Source: a virus (taxonomy: Duplodnaviria > Caudoviricetes). From it: a stretch of DNA of 64,000 bases. The position numbers and the translations under genes were made by a program. The notes under the pieces are model-generated. The model searched no databases. It worked only from the letters and a program-made list of their open reading frames with translations, and was not told the origin of the DNA. Below, one piece after another: positions 9,206 to 19,444 of this stretch; within the stretch, counting starts at the first letter, position 1, and each line of letters begins with the position of its first letter. Location: the IMG/VR virus record IMGVR_UViG_3300021963_006915, positions 1 through 64,000 of that record; one strand, given 5' to 3'.

Positions 9206-10594
9206 ATGAGCGAAAAGCATATTATTGACAACTTGAAGAAGTTTGGAAGTGAGTTTCAAGTTAAGTGTATCTCAGGTCTTGTATCCGATAGACCATTCAT
9301 TGAACGTATTAGTGACATTGTAGAAGCAGACTTCTTTGAAAGTGATGCTCACCAATGGATTGTCAAGGAAAGTATTAAGTACTTCAACGAATATCGTGAT
9401 CTACCAACACTCAATGTGTTTAAGGTCAAATTGGAAGTAGTTACAAACGAGGTACTTAAAAAGAGTATCGTAGATAATCTAAAGTCAATTTATCAAAAGA
9501 TGAATGACGGCGATCTAAAGTTCATCAAAGAAGAGTTCCTTGAATTCTGTATCAATCAGAAGCTAAAGAATGCCATCATGGAAAGCGTTGACTATTTGAA
9601 GATTGGTCAGTATGAAAAGATCAAGACCAAGTTTGATGAAGCACTAAAAGCTGGTATGGAACGTAATATTGGTCATGACTATGGCGAAGACGTTGAGAAA
9701 CGTATGACCGTAATGGCTCGTAGCTCTATCAATACCAAGTGGGAAGTTATTGATGGTTTGATGGATGGTGGTCTTGGACCTGGCGAACTTGGAATTATTA
9801 CAGCTTGTGCTGGTAGTGGTAAGAGCTGGGTACTATGTAAACTAGGTGCCGAGGCTATGAAACAAGGTAAAAATGTAGTTCACTTTACTCTAGAGTTGAA
9901 TGAAAACTATGTTGGTCTACGATATGATGCTTGCTTCACTGGAATTGATTTCCAAAATATTCGTAACAACATCTCAACAGTTCGTGAAAAGATTGCACAA
10001 GTGCCTGGTAAATTAATCATCAAGTACTTTCCAATCAAGACCGTATCAGCTCACAGCTTGAAAGCTCATTGTGAACGATTGGCCATGTTGGGTACCAAGG
10101 TGGATATGATTATTGTTGATTACGCAGATATTCTTCGTCCAATTAATAGTGATCGTAATAGTAACAGCTATCAAGAAGCTGGTGGTATTTATGAAGAGCT
10201 ACGTGGTGTAGCTGGTGAATTGCAAGTTCCTATTTGGAGTGCTTCACAAAGTAATCGTGCTGCTATGGATGAAGATATTATTCAGGCAAATAACATTTCT
10301 GATTCATATCGTAAGATTATGACCGCTGACTTCGTTATGTCACTAAGCCGTAAGGTTAACGATAAAGTTAGTAATACTGCACGATTCCATATCATTAAGA
10401 ATCGATTCGGACCAGATGGTTTAACCTTCCCAAGTAAGATGAACGCTGGATGTGGTCAGATTGAAATATTCAGCGAATCTTCAAGAGAAGGATTGGCACT
10501 TCAAAATGAAATGATGAATGGTGAGAACCAAGTCAAGAAATTATTGAAGAATAAGTGGAACGCTCATAGCAGTTCTGAGGATGGAGACGAATAA
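9206..10594 (+). CDS. Replicative DNA helicase (DnaB / T4 gp41-like)
   Basis: Walker A 'AGSGKS', 'FTLEL', 'IIVDYAD', 'SASQSNR', 'KNRFG'. Confidence 0.92.
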   Translation: MSEKHIIDNLKKFGSEFQVKCISGLVSDRPFIERISDIVEADFFESDAHQWIVKESIKYFNEYRDLPTLNVFKVKLEVVTNEVLKKSIVDNLKSIYQKMNDGDLKFIKEEFLEFCINQKLKNAIMESVDYLKIGQYEKIKTKFDEALKAGMERNIGHDYGEDVEKRMTVMARSSINTKWEVIDGLMDGGLGPGELGIITACAGSGKSWVLCKLGAEAMKQGKNVVHFTLELNENYVGLRYDACFTGIDFQNIRNNISTVREKIAQVPGKLIIKYFPIKTVSAHSLKAHCERLAMLGTKVDMIIVDYADILRPINSDRNSNSYQEAGGIYEELRGVAGELQVPIWSASQSNRAAMDEDIIQANNISDSYRKIMTADFVMSLSRKVNDKVSNTARFHIIKNRFGPDGLTFPSKMNAGCGQIEIFSESSREGLALQNEMMNGENQVKKLLKNKWNAHSSSEDGDE

Positions 10595-10600
10595 TTCATA

Positions 10601-10652
10601 GTTGTGACTATAAAAAAAGTATCAAAAAAAACTTAAAAAAGTTAGTCACAAC
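10601..10652. repeat. 10-bp inverted repeat enclosing three A-tracts
   Basis: GTTGTGACTA (10601-10610) and TAGTCACAAC (10643-10652). Confidence 0.7.
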
Positions 10653-10702
10653 ATGGATCAAAGAGACTATTGAAGGATAGTTATCTTTTACCAATATATT
10701 TT

Positions 10703-12991
10703 ATGAACAAAGAAATTTTTATTAAGAAGCGCAGTGGCAAGACAGAAAAGTTTAACGCAGATAAAATCAATAAGGTTTTACAATGGGCCACAGATGAAAT
10801 CAAAGGTGTTGGTTTTGAAGAAGTCGCAATGAATGCACACTTGTCATTCTTTGATGGCATGAATTCAAAAGATATTCACAAGATGTTGATTGAAGCGTCT
10901 GCTAATTTGATTAGTGAAGAAAAGCCAAATTATCAATATGTTGCTTCACGATTGATGAATTATCAACTTCGTAAAGAAGTTTGGGGAGGTAAAAATCCAC
11001 CAAAACTATATGATCTAGTAAAAACTAATATTGACTCATTAGTTTATGATGAAGAAATTCTGAACTGGTATAGTAAACAAGAGTTTGATAAACTAGATGA
11101 ATATCTAAAGCATGATCGTGATTTTAACTTTACGTATGCTGGTATCAAACAATTGTGTGATAAATATCTAGTACAAAATCGTGCTACCAAGAAGATTTAC
11201 GAAACTCCTCAGTTTGCGTATATGTTGATCGCAATGACTTTTTTCAAAGACTATAAAGAAGGTCGATTGGATTATGTCAAGAAAGCATATAACTATTTTA
11301 GTAAACACAAGATTAATCTACCTACGCCAATTATGGCTGGAGTAAGAACGGTAATGAAGAGTTATGCTTCATGTTCACTATTCACGGTCGATGATGATCT
11401 ACGTAGTATCTTCAGTAACAATAGTGCAGTTGGATTTGCTACTGCAAGTCGTTATGGTATTGGATTGAATCTATCAAGACTACGTGCTACTAATGCTCCA
11501 ATTCGTAATGGTGAAGTAATGCACACTGGACCAATTCCATTTGCTAAAGCATTTGAATCTACCGTAAAGAGTTGTCACCAAAACGGAATTAGAGGGGGTA
11601 GTGCCACCGTCAATTTTGCTTGGTTCCACTATGATATTCTAGATATTCTTGTACTAAAGAACAATCAAGGTACGGACGATAATCGTGTACGTAAACTAGA
11701 TTATTGTATTGGTTTGGATAAACTAATCTTTGAACGTTTCTTGAAGAATCAAGATGTAACACTATTCAGTTATCATGAATGTCCTTCACTATGGAATACC
11801 TTTGGTTTGGAAGGATTCAAGGAAAAGTATGAAAAGGCTGAAGAAAACAAGAACATTAAGTTCAAGAAGAAGGTACCTGCTCGTGAATTGATGGGACTAC
11901 TTGCCAAAGAACGTCTTGAAACTGGACGTATTTATACAATGTTCGTGGATCATGCGAATGAACACGGTAGTTGGTTAGACCAAGTAGATACAAGTAATCT
12001 ATGTCTTGAAGTTAATCATCCATTGATTCCAATCACTGATGTAAACGATAAGAATGGTGAAATTGGTGTTTGTATCTTGGCCGCATTGAATTGGTTAGAA
12101 ATCAAAGATGATGAAGAAATGGAAAGTGTCTGTGACATTATTGTTAGAATGTTGGATGCTTTGATTGAACATCAAGATTATTTCGTACCAGCCGCAGAAA
12201 ACTTTGCTAAAAAACGTCGTAGTCTTGGTGTAGGTGTAAGTAATTTGGCTGCTCTATTGGCTAAAGAAGGATTGAAGTATTGGGATAAAGATGCTCCTAA
12301 CTTTGTTGCCAAGTGGATGGAAAAGACTAGTTACTATCTAATCAAGGCTAGCGTTGAAATGGCTAAAGAGTTTGGTAAGTGTGAAAAGTTTGATCGTACT
12401 AAGTTCAGTCAAGGAGTATTGCCAATTGATACTTATAAGAGAGACGTTGATGAATTCATCACTGAACCTCTACATTGTGATTGGGAGGATTTACGTGAAG
12501 AAGTTAGAAAACACGGAATGCGTCATAGTACACTCACCGCGTGTATGCCTGTAGAATCAAGTTCAGTAATTCAAAGCAGTACCAATGGTATTGAACCACC
12601 ACGTAGTGCTATTAGCTTCAAGGGTAGCAAGAGCAATATTTTGCCTGTAGTAGTACCTGGCATTGATAAGTACAAGGAAAATTATACATTTGCTTTTGAT
12701 ATGCCAAGCAATGAAGGTTATTTGAAGGTAGCTGCTGCTATTCAAAAATTTACAGATATGAGTATTAGTACAAATACTTACTATATCCCATCCCGTTATG
12801 AGAAGAATAAAGTTCCTGTTCAAGAAGTAATTAAGGATATGTTATTGGCCTACAAGTATGGATTGAAGAATTTGTATTATGCTAATACTGATGATGGCGA
12901 CAAACAAACCGCCATGGATGAAAAAAAGACGGAAATAAAACAACCAGTAGTACAAGAATCCAGTTGTGAAAGCGGAGCTTGTGCTCTATAA
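10703..12991 (+). CDS. nrdA: Ribonucleoside-diphosphate reductase class Ia, alpha subunit
   Basis: ATP cone 'IKKRSG', 'ASCSL', 'SNLCLE', 'MPVESSS', 'KNLYY', C-terminal 'CESGACAL'. Confidence 0.95.
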   Translation: MNKEIFIKKRSGKTEKFNADKINKVLQWATDEIKGVGFEEVAMNAHLSFFDGMNSKDIHKMLIEASANLISEEKPNYQYVASRLMNYQLRKEVWGGKNPPKLYDLVKTNIDSLVYDEEILNWYSKQEFDKLDEYLKHDRDFNFTYAGIKQLCDKYLVQNRATKKIYETPQFAYMLIAMTFFKDYKEGRLDYVKKAYNYFSKHKINLPTPIMAGVRTVMKSYASCSLFTVDDDLRSIFSNNSAVGFATASRYGIGLNLSRLRATNAPIRNGEVMHTGPIPFAKAFESTVKSCHQNGIRGGSATVNFAWFHYDILDILVLKNNQGTDDNRVRKLDYCIGLDKLIFERFLKNQDVTLFSYHECPSLWNTFGLEGFKEKYEKAEENKNIKFKKKVPARELMGLLAKERLETGRIYTMFVDHANEHGSWLDQVDTSNLCLEVNHPLIPITDVNDKNGEIGVCILAALNWLEIKDDEEMESVCDIIVRMLDALIEHQDYFVPAAENFAKKRRSLGVGVSNLAALLAKEGLKYWDKDAPNFVAKWMEKTSYYLIKASVEMAKEFGKCEKFDRTKFSQGVLPIDTYKRDVDEFITEPLHCDWEDLREEVRKHGMRHSTLTACMPVESSSVIQSSTNGIEPPRSAISFKGSKSNILPVVVPGIDKYKENYTFAFDMPSNEGYLKVAAAIQKFTDMSISTNTYYIPSRYEKNKVPVQEVIKDMLLAYKYGLKNLYYANTDDGDKQTAMDEKKTEIKQPVVQESSCESGACAL

Positions 12992-13003
12992 TAGGAGGAT
13001 AAA

Positions 13004-14062
13004 ATGAAAACGGTATTAAATAAGAAAAATATAGACCAGTTAAGAAATCCAATGTTTTTTGGAGAAGATCTATCATTACAACGATATGACTTGATCAAGT
13101 ATCCTAAATTCTATGATTTGTATGATCAACAATTAAATTTCTTCTGGAGACCGCAGGAAGTTTCTCTTGTCAAAGACATCAGTGATTACAAGAATCTTTC
13201 ACCAGAAGAACGATTCGTATTTGATAGTAACCTTAAGTTTCAAACTATGACTGATAGTATGTTGAGTCGTAGTATTCATGAACTTATGAAACATGTAACA
13301 AATAGTGAATTGGAAATTTGCATGAACGCATGGAGTTTCTTTGAAACTATTCATAGTAATAGTTACACATACATTCTTAACAATGTTTATCCAGATGCTA
13401 CCAAGTTCTTTGATAGTGTCTTGGAAGACCAAGAAATTGTTAAGAGAGCTACTGCAATCAGTAAGAAGTATGATGAACTACTAACTCCATCAGATGATGT
13501 TAAACAACAATTGTTTGATGCGGTATTGGCAACTCAGATTACTGAAGGGTTGATCTTCTACGTATCATTTGCTTGTAGTTTTTACTTTGGATATCGTGGA
13601 AAGATGGAGGGTAATAGTAAGATTATTAAGTTTATCAGTAGAGATGAAAATCTTCACGTAGCTATTACTCAGAACATCATGAAGAATTGGATCAACAATC
13701 CTGATGAAGGATTCCAAGATATTGTCAAAAAGAACGAAGATAAGGTTTATGCTGCTTATGAAATGGCAGTTAATGCTGAAAAGGATTGGGCCGATTATCT
13801 ATTTAGCAAAGGAAGTTTGATTGGATTGACCGCTGAAAGTTTAAAACAATACATTGAGTGGTTGGCCAATAACAGACTATCAAACATTGGATATAAGAAA
13901 TTATATCCTAGTACCAAAACCAATCCATTAGCTGGATGGTTGGATAGTTACTATGATAGTAAGAAACTACAAGTAGCTCCTCAAGAAACTGAATTGAGTA
14001 GTTATGTAAAAGGTATTGATAATACCATTACAGAGGGTGCATTCGATGACTTTAAGTTGTAA
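13004..14062 (+). CDS. nrdB: Ribonucleoside-diphosphate reductase class Ia, beta subunit
   Basis: 'FFWRPQEV', 'ETIHSNSY', 'EGLIFY', 'DENLH', 'APQETE'; AGGAGG RBS. Confidence 0.95.
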   Translation: MKTVLNKKNIDQLRNPMFFGEDLSLQRYDLIKYPKFYDLYDQQLNFFWRPQEVSLVKDISDYKNLSPEERFVFDSNLKFQTMTDSMLSRSIHELMKHVTNSELEICMNAWSFFETIHSNSYTYILNNVYPDATKFFDSVLEDQEIVKRATAISKKYDELLTPSDDVKQQLFDAVLATQITEGLIFYVSFACSFYFGYRGKMEGNSKIIKFISRDENLHVAITQNIMKNWINNPDEGFQDIVKKNEDKVYAAYEMAVNAEKDWADYLFSKGSLIGLTAESLKQYIEWLANNRLSNIGYKKLYPSTKTNPLAGWLDSYYDSKKLQVAPQETELSSYVKGIDNTITEGAFDDFKL

Positions 14063-14115
14063 TTAATTTATTCGTTTATTTAACTGATCCTATATTTATA
14101 AGATAGGCATGCTAT

Positions 14116-14751
14116 ATGAACGATAAATTAAAACAATCTTTAAAGAAAATAATCCGTGAAACCATCGAAGAAAAGTTAACGGAAGTACAAAAGTCTTGGG
14201 CTGAAATGATGGAAAATCTATCAAAAGACATCAAAAAGCCTATTGTATGTGATGATGCAGGTAATTATAACATCTGTGAGTGTGAACCACATCATTTCAG
14301 CCTAAGACCAATTACCCAAGATATTTTTGACGTTCAATACTTCAAAGATGCCTCAGACAGAACCAAGAAGTTGTATCTTCGTTACGAAGAACTCAAGAAG
14401 TTTGTTAAAGAAAAACTAAACTCTAAAGATTTAAACTACGTAGATGCCGCTTACGAACGTAATGTAGATAATAGTAAAGATAAACAAGGTGGTAAGAAGG
14501 CCGATAAAGCAGCTGACGAACAAAATCTAGTTGATCCAGAAAAGAACAACAAGGTTGTCAAGAATATTAAGGCCAAGAACATGAACGATGAGAAAGATAA
14601 CCCAGATCAACCAATGCGTGCGGTTGGTAAGTTTGAAACTCAAGTTCAACACAAGAGTCCAAAGCCAAGTTATACACCACCAACTCTTCCAAAGAATTTA
14701 CAGAAGTTAGTTATTAAATATACCAAGGGTGGTAAAGCCAAAAAGAAATAA
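14116..14751 (+). CDS. Hypothetical late protein, possibly virion-internal
   Basis: TATTTATA at 14093; N-terminal 'LKKIIRETIEE' helix; charged low-complexity C-terminus. Confidence 0.55.
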   Translation: MNDKLKQSLKKIIRETIEEKLTEVQKSWAEMMENLSKDIKKPIVCDDAGNYNICECEPHHFSLRPITQDIFDVQYFKDASDRTKKLYLRYEELKKFVKEKLNSKDLNYVDAAYERNVDNSKDKQGGKKADKAADEQNLVDPEKNNKVVKNIKAKNMNDEKDNPDQPMRAVGKFETQVQHKSPKPSYTPPTLPKNLQKLVIKYTKGGKAKKK

Positions 14752-14789
14752 TTGACATCTTTATACTTTTGATGTACTATTAAAGTATA
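14752..14789 (+). promoter_or_regulatory. Sigma70-like promoter with an overlapping dyad
   Basis: TTGACA, 17 nt, TACTAT; TATACTTT (14762-14769) and AAAGTATA (14782-14789) flank the -10. Confidence 0.65.
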
Positions 14790-14807
14790 TCTAAAAAAAG
14801 GATACAT

Positions 14808-15131
14808 ATGAAAAAATTGATTACTATCGCAGCTTTGGGTGCAACTCTAACCACTCAAACATTTGCTGGTGATAGAGAATGGGCTACGGTTGGTAAAGTA
14901 TTGACCGGAGTTGCAGTAATTCACGTTATTGATCGAATTGTAAATCCTCCAACACAAGTTGTATATGTACAACCTCAACCAGTGGTTTATGCACAGCCTG
15001 TAGTAGTACAACCTACTCCTGTGGTATATTATCAACCTGCTCCTGTTGTTTATGTACAACCACAACCAGTGGTAGTTGTACATGGATCATGGGGTCGTCC
15101 AGTACATCACTATCATCACCACCATCATTAA
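14808..15131 (+). CDS. Secreted Pro/Val-rich repeat protein with poly-His tail
   Basis: Signal peptide 'MKKLITIAALGATLTTQTFA', repeated (Y)VQPQPVV units, ending HHYHHHHH. Confidence 0.7.
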   Translation: MKKLITIAALGATLTTQTFAGDREWATVGKVLTGVAVIHVIDRIVNPPTQVVYVQPQPVVYAQPVVVQPTPVVYYQPAPVVYVQPQPVVVVHGSWGRPVHHYHHHHH

Positions 15132-16126
15132 TAAAACTCAATGGTATTTTTTGTCGAGAAAACTTCCTCTTTTGATAGTTTTATGATTCGATTATCAATT
15201 TGAATTTCGACACAGATAATATCTTGTTCAACTACAACCCACGCAGTACTTTTGAGTGGGTTTTTTATTTCATTACCAATTGAACGGGTTTCCATATATT
15301 GGTAGATACATAATTTATCTGGGAATATTTCGTGGTGACAATTATTTACGGCAAAGAATATTTGTCCGGTTGATGATTTAAAAAAATCAATATATAGTTT
15401 TGAGTTTAAAAACTTTTTTGTTTCTTTATATTTCAAAGCTTTTAAATATTGAACGTCTAATTGATCACCAATGACTATGTAATCCTCAGTATTAGTTTTT
15501 AAAACTTTACCAAGAACTACTTCTAATGGACTATCAGATAGGTTTTTATCTTGCAAAAAATTGTACCAATCAGATTCAGATCTTATATTTCCAACTTTTG
15601 AAAAAAACCAATTTATATCACAAAATAAAATGTATGTAGACACATATTCACAATCATCAATTGTGGACAGAACTGCGTTTTTATTTAAAGATATACATTC
15701 TTGTATTTTATTTTTTAAAAACTCTATATGTTCATCTGTGTAGACAGCATCACACTCAAGTCTAAGTACATATTTATACCCAAGAGTTTTTGCTAAATTA
15801 AAAGATTTGGTTATTGTGTATAAAATATTTAACTCATGAGTTGGATGATTAATACATGGATAATTCAATTTGATATTATCAGATAAAACATAATGATTGA
15901 TAAGACCATCAGTAAATTTATGTTTTTCAAACAATCTGTTTTCTTTATCATATAAATAATAATCACAGAGATTTATATAATCAAACTTTGTTGGACAAGA
16001 TGAACTATCAGCAATCATGATCTTACATCCCATTTTTTTCAAACTTTGTACGCACTTTTCATACATGAGAACCTCTTCATCAGTTTCAGCGTACATTTGT
16101 CCAATAATTAAAACATCATTATTCAT
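15128..16126 (-). CDS. Hypothetical protein, possibly glycosyltransferase-related
   Basis: AT-rich isolated ORF with TACTTATA 3 nt before ATG 16126; 'LRLECD' DxD-like position. Confidence 0.45.
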   Translation of the reverse strand: MNNDVLIIGQMYAETDEEVLMYEKCVQSLKKMGCKIMIADSSSCPTKFDYINLCDYYLYDKENRLFEKHKFTDGLINHYVLSDNIKLNYPCINHPTHELNILYTITKSFNLAKTLGYKYVLRLECDAVYTDEHIEFLKNKIQECISLNKNAVLSTIDDCEYVSTYILFCDINWFFSKVGNIRSESDWYNFLQDKNLSDSPLEVVLGKVLKTNTEDYIVIGDQLDVQYLKALKYKETKKFLNSKLYIDFFKSSTGQIFFAVNNCHHEIFPDKLCIYQYMETRSIGNEIKNPLKSTAWVVVEQDIICVEIQIDNRIIKLSKEEVFSTKNTIEFY

Positions 16127-16185
16127 ATCTATAAGTATTATATAAATTGTATACAAAACACATGGTATTTTTTTATTTTGGACCG

Positions 16186-16213
16186 TTGACATTCAAAAAA
16201 GTGGTGGTAGACT
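16186..16213 (+). promoter_or_regulatory. Sigma70-like promoter
   Basis: TTGACA, 16 nt, TAGACT with TG extension. Confidence 0.6.
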
Positions 16214-16237
16214 GATTGTAGTTAAGAGACATTCAAT

Positions 16238-17212
16238 ATGAAAAATTCGAAAAACACCGCTAATCTTACAACCGCAACTAATTTTGATATCAAGTCATAT
16301 CTCAATACTTGTATCAACCTTCGTCCATCTTCATTGATTATGGATGATGTTAAGTGGAAGTACATGGTACGATCCGCTATTCGTGGCAAGAACATTCTAC
16401 TTCTTGGCCCTACCGGATGTGGCAAGACGTTTGCTGCACAAACCATTGCTAACGTCCTAAACAAGGAAGAAAAGTTTTTCTATTTCAACCTTGGTGCTAC
16501 GCAGGATGCTCGGAGTGCTTTGATTGGTAATACTCACTTCGACAAGAACACTGGTACTCTATTTAAGGAGTCAACCTTTATTAAGGCTATTCGTACTCCA
16601 AATGCCATTATTCTTCTTGACGAAATTTCTCGTAGTCACCACGATGGTGTAAACATTCTAATGACGGTTCTAGATGATCTCCAGCGTTATCTACGTTTGG
16701 ATGAAAAGGAAGATTGTGAAATTGTTAAGGTTGCTGAAGGTGTTACCTTTATCGCTACCGCTAACGTAGGTAACGAATATACTGCTACCCGTGTAATGGA
16801 TCGTGCTCTACTTTCACGTTTTCCAGTCAAGATTGAAATGACTCCTCTTGACAAGGACACTGAGTTTAATCTACTTAAGAGTCGTTTTGAACTGAAGGAT
16901 GATTCACAGCTTGAGATTCTCAAGGCTATTTGTGAAATTGCGGATCACACCCGTAAGCAGGTCAAGCAAGATGACAGCAAACTAACCAACTTTATTCCAA
17001 CTCGTAGCACTGTGGAAATCGCAGAATTGATCGTTGACGGATTTAATTTGCTTGAAATCGCAGAGACTACGATATATCCTAACTTTAGTGAAGACGGCGG
17101 TGTAGATAGTGAACGGACCTATCTACGTCAGCTAGTACAGAAGTATGTAAAGACCGAAGCAAAGGCAACGTTGTTCAATGACCCTCTAAAGGCTGATCAA
17201 CCTCCTTTCTAA
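16238..17212 (+). CDS. MoxR/CobS-like AAA+ ATPase
   Basis: 'GPTGCGKT', 'ILLDEISR', 'FIATAN', 'MDRALLSRF'. Confidence 0.88.
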   Translation: MKNSKNTANLTTATNFDIKSYLNTCINLRPSSLIMDDVKWKYMVRSAIRGKNILLLGPTGCGKTFAAQTIANVLNKEEKFFYFNLGATQDARSALIGNTHFDKNTGTLFKESTFIKAIRTPNAIILLDEISRSHHDGVNILMTVLDDLQRYLRLDEKEDCEIVKVAEGVTFIATANVGNEYTATRVMDRALLSRFPVKIEMTPLDKDTEFNLLKSRFELKDDSQLEILKAICEIADHTRKQVKQDDSKLTNFIPTRSTVEIAELIVDGFNLLEIAETTIYPNFSEDGGVDSERTYLRQLVQKYVKTEAKATLFNDPLKADQPPF

Positions 17213-17245
17213 TAAATAAACAATAACAGCAGACGACAACCTAAT

Positions 17246-19387
17246 ATGAGTAACTACAGTGACTTTTGGCTTAAAGATTATGACATCGACTGGGATTTCA
17301 GCGATGATTCAGATATGGTAGATGTATCATCATCTGATACCCAGGCTACTGCTGACCTTATTAGGTTGTCGTCTGCTCGTCGTGCAATTTCAAATTACGT
17401 TACTATTCTTACTGGTAAATCTATTCCAGTAATGTTTAATGATCGTAATGTGAGTTGCACAGATGGTGAAGTGGTTTATATCGGCAGTGATGTAAACGAA
17501 AAGAATAATTTCGACGTAGCTGTTGGATTGGCACTACATGAAGCTAGTCATATTGTTTATAGCAATATGGAACTATATAAGGAACTATACAGCAATGTTC
17601 CTCGCAGTATTTACAATATAACTGAACCTTTGAATATCTCAAAAGAGGAGGTTGCTGACTTTTGTAAAATGGCATTTAACTACATTGAAGACAGATTTAT
17701 TGATTATTGTATCTATAAGTCTGCTCCTGGCTATCGTGGTTATTATCAGTCACTTTACGATAAGTACTTTAACAGCAAGGTTATTGATGATGGTTTGAAG
17801 AGCAAGTTGTATCGTACACCAACAACTGAGTCATATTCTTATCGTATTATTAATTTGACCAATGTTAATACAGATCTAAATGCTTTGCCTGGATTGTATG
17901 ATATTGCTAAACTACTTGATTTGAGCAATATTGCACGTTTGGACACTGCAAGAAGTCGTTATAATCTTGCTTTTAAGATTGCAGAAATTGCATTTTCTAA
18001 TATCAAAGAAGGATCTGCGGTTAAGCAACCAGTTCAATCTGATCAGAGTGGTGATGGAGAAGGCATACCTGATCCAAACGGCACTCCTAGCAATGATGAT
18101 AATAACGATTCGTCAACCCCAGTTGCTATGGGTGACACATCAGATTCATCATCAAATTCAAATGCTTCTACTACCGATGATATTTTTGGAGGTAATTCTA
18201 CATCTGTGACCAGTCAACAAGACCCAAATAAGAATGTTGGTCAGGATCCAAATGTAAGCAAGACCAAGCAAAATAAGATCGATAAGGCTTTTTCTAAGCA
18301 AAAGGATTTCTTGAATGGTAAGATCGTAAAGAAGAAGGTTTCCAAGAAAGAAAAGAATTTGCTTGATGTACTTGAAAAGAGTCAAGTTGAAATCTCAGAC
18401 GTTGCTCAAGATTATATTCGTAACTATGGTGGCACTGGCGCAGTTGAGTGCATTGTTGTGAAGAATCTAACCCGTGAGTTGATTGACTCTTCAGAGTTTC
18501 CTCTGAAGAAGGTTGTGTATAATTCATATTATTCTAAACATCTTAAATCAACGAATGATACTGCAGCTCAAATTGATACCGAGCTTCAAAAGCATATCAA
18601 TATGGGTATCGTTATGGGAGTTAAGCTCGCAAAGCGAATTCAGTTTCGTAATGAAATTAATGTAGATAAGTTTAGTCGTCGCCAGACTGGTAAGATTGAC
18701 AAACGTATTCTACATGAAATCGGTGCTGATGTAGAAAATATTTTTTATACTACGGCTGTACATAAGTACAAGAGCATGAATTTCCATATTAGTTTGGATG
18801 CTAGTTCTAGTATGTCTGGACAGAAGTGGAATAATACTATTAAGTTGTGTACCAGTATTGCAAAGGCAGCTACTATGCTTGAGAATATTAATGTGAGTAT
18901 CAGTATTCGTAGTACTTATGGTAAGAACCCATATGTAGTTATGGCTTATGATTCTCGTAAGGATAAGTTTTCTAAGATCAGAAATCTATTTCCATATATT
19001 CTAACTAGTGGTACTACTCCAGAAGGATTGTGTTATGAAGCTATTATGAAGCATCTGCCAAAGTGTGATGTAAATAGTGAAAACTACTTTATCAATATTA
19101 GTGACGGAGAGCCATGTTTTAGTATTGCTACATCAACATCAAATGTTTCATATACTGGTGCTAGTGCTGCACAACACACTCGTAAACAAGTACAGAAGAT
19201 TATTGCGTCAGGATACAAGGTAATTTCATATTTCGTAACTGAATATATGGGATCACCAATGTCAACTGAATATGGTGCTTTGTTTAAAATTATGTATGGT
19301 AAGGATAGTAATTTTATTAACTTTGGTAATCTAAATCAGATTGTTTCTACGCTTAATAAAAAGATGTTAGAAAGTGTTGACGTATAA
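17246..19387 (+). CDS. vWA-domain protein with N-terminal HExxH metallopeptidase-like domain (CobT-like partner)
   Basis: 'LHEASH', 'NYIED', acidic/Ser linker, MIDAS 'DASSSM', 'GTTPE', 'ISDGEP'. Confidence 0.8.
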   Translation: MSNYSDFWLKDYDIDWDFSDDSDMVDVSSSDTQATADLIRLSSARRAISNYVTILTGKSIPVMFNDRNVSCTDGEVVYIGSDVNEKNNFDVAVGLALHEASHIVYSNMELYKELYSNVPRSIYNITEPLNISKEEVADFCKMAFNYIEDRFIDYCIYKSAPGYRGYYQSLYDKYFNSKVIDDGLKSKLYRTPTTESYSYRIINLTNVNTDLNALPGLYDIAKLLDLSNIARLDTARSRYNLAFKIAEIAFSNIKEGSAVKQPVQSDQSGDGEGIPDPNGTPSNDDNNDSSTPVAMGDTSDSSSNSNASTTDDIFGGNSTSVTSQQDPNKNVGQDPNVSKTKQNKIDKAFSKQKDFLNGKIVKKKVSKKEKNLLDVLEKSQVEISDVAQDYIRNYGGTGAVECIVVKNLTRELIDSSEFPLKKVVYNSYYSKHLKSTNDTAAQIDTELQKHINMGIVMGVKLAKRIQFRNEINVDKFSRRQTGKIDKRILHEIGADVENIFYTTAVHKYKSMNFHISLDASSSMSGQKWNNTIKLCTSIAKAATMLENINVSISIRSTYGKNPYVVMAYDSRKDKFSKIRNLFPYILTSGTTPEGLCYEAIMKHLPKCDVNSENYFINISDGEPCFSIATSTSNVSYTGASAAQHTRKQVQKIIASGYKVISYFVTEYMGSPMSTEYGALFKIMYGKDSNFINFGNLNQIVSTLNKKMLESVDV

Positions 19388-19404
19388 TATATTCGTGGTA
19401 GACT
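19377..19404 (+). promoter_or_regulatory. Sigma70-like promoter
   Basis: TTGACG, 16 nt, TAGACT, with the same GTGGTAGACT as at 16204. Confidence 0.55.
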
Positions 19405-19444
19405 TTAATTAAATCGCAGTATAACAATAAAACAAGGATAAAAA

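Noticed and set aside
10690-10705. NrdR box before nrdA
   Set aside because: Only the left half resembles the consensus, there is no tandem copy, and the background is AT-rich.
9206-14062. Inteins or introns in the helicase and nrdAB
   Set aside because: Lengths are normal and motifs contiguous.
14960-15080. CRISPR-like or non-coding direct repeats
   Set aside because: They are in-frame coding repeats of the QPQPVV unit without unique spacers.
15105-15128. His-tag from a cloning vector
   Set aside because: The run is interrupted by Tyr, uses mixed codons and has no vector context; it appears natural.
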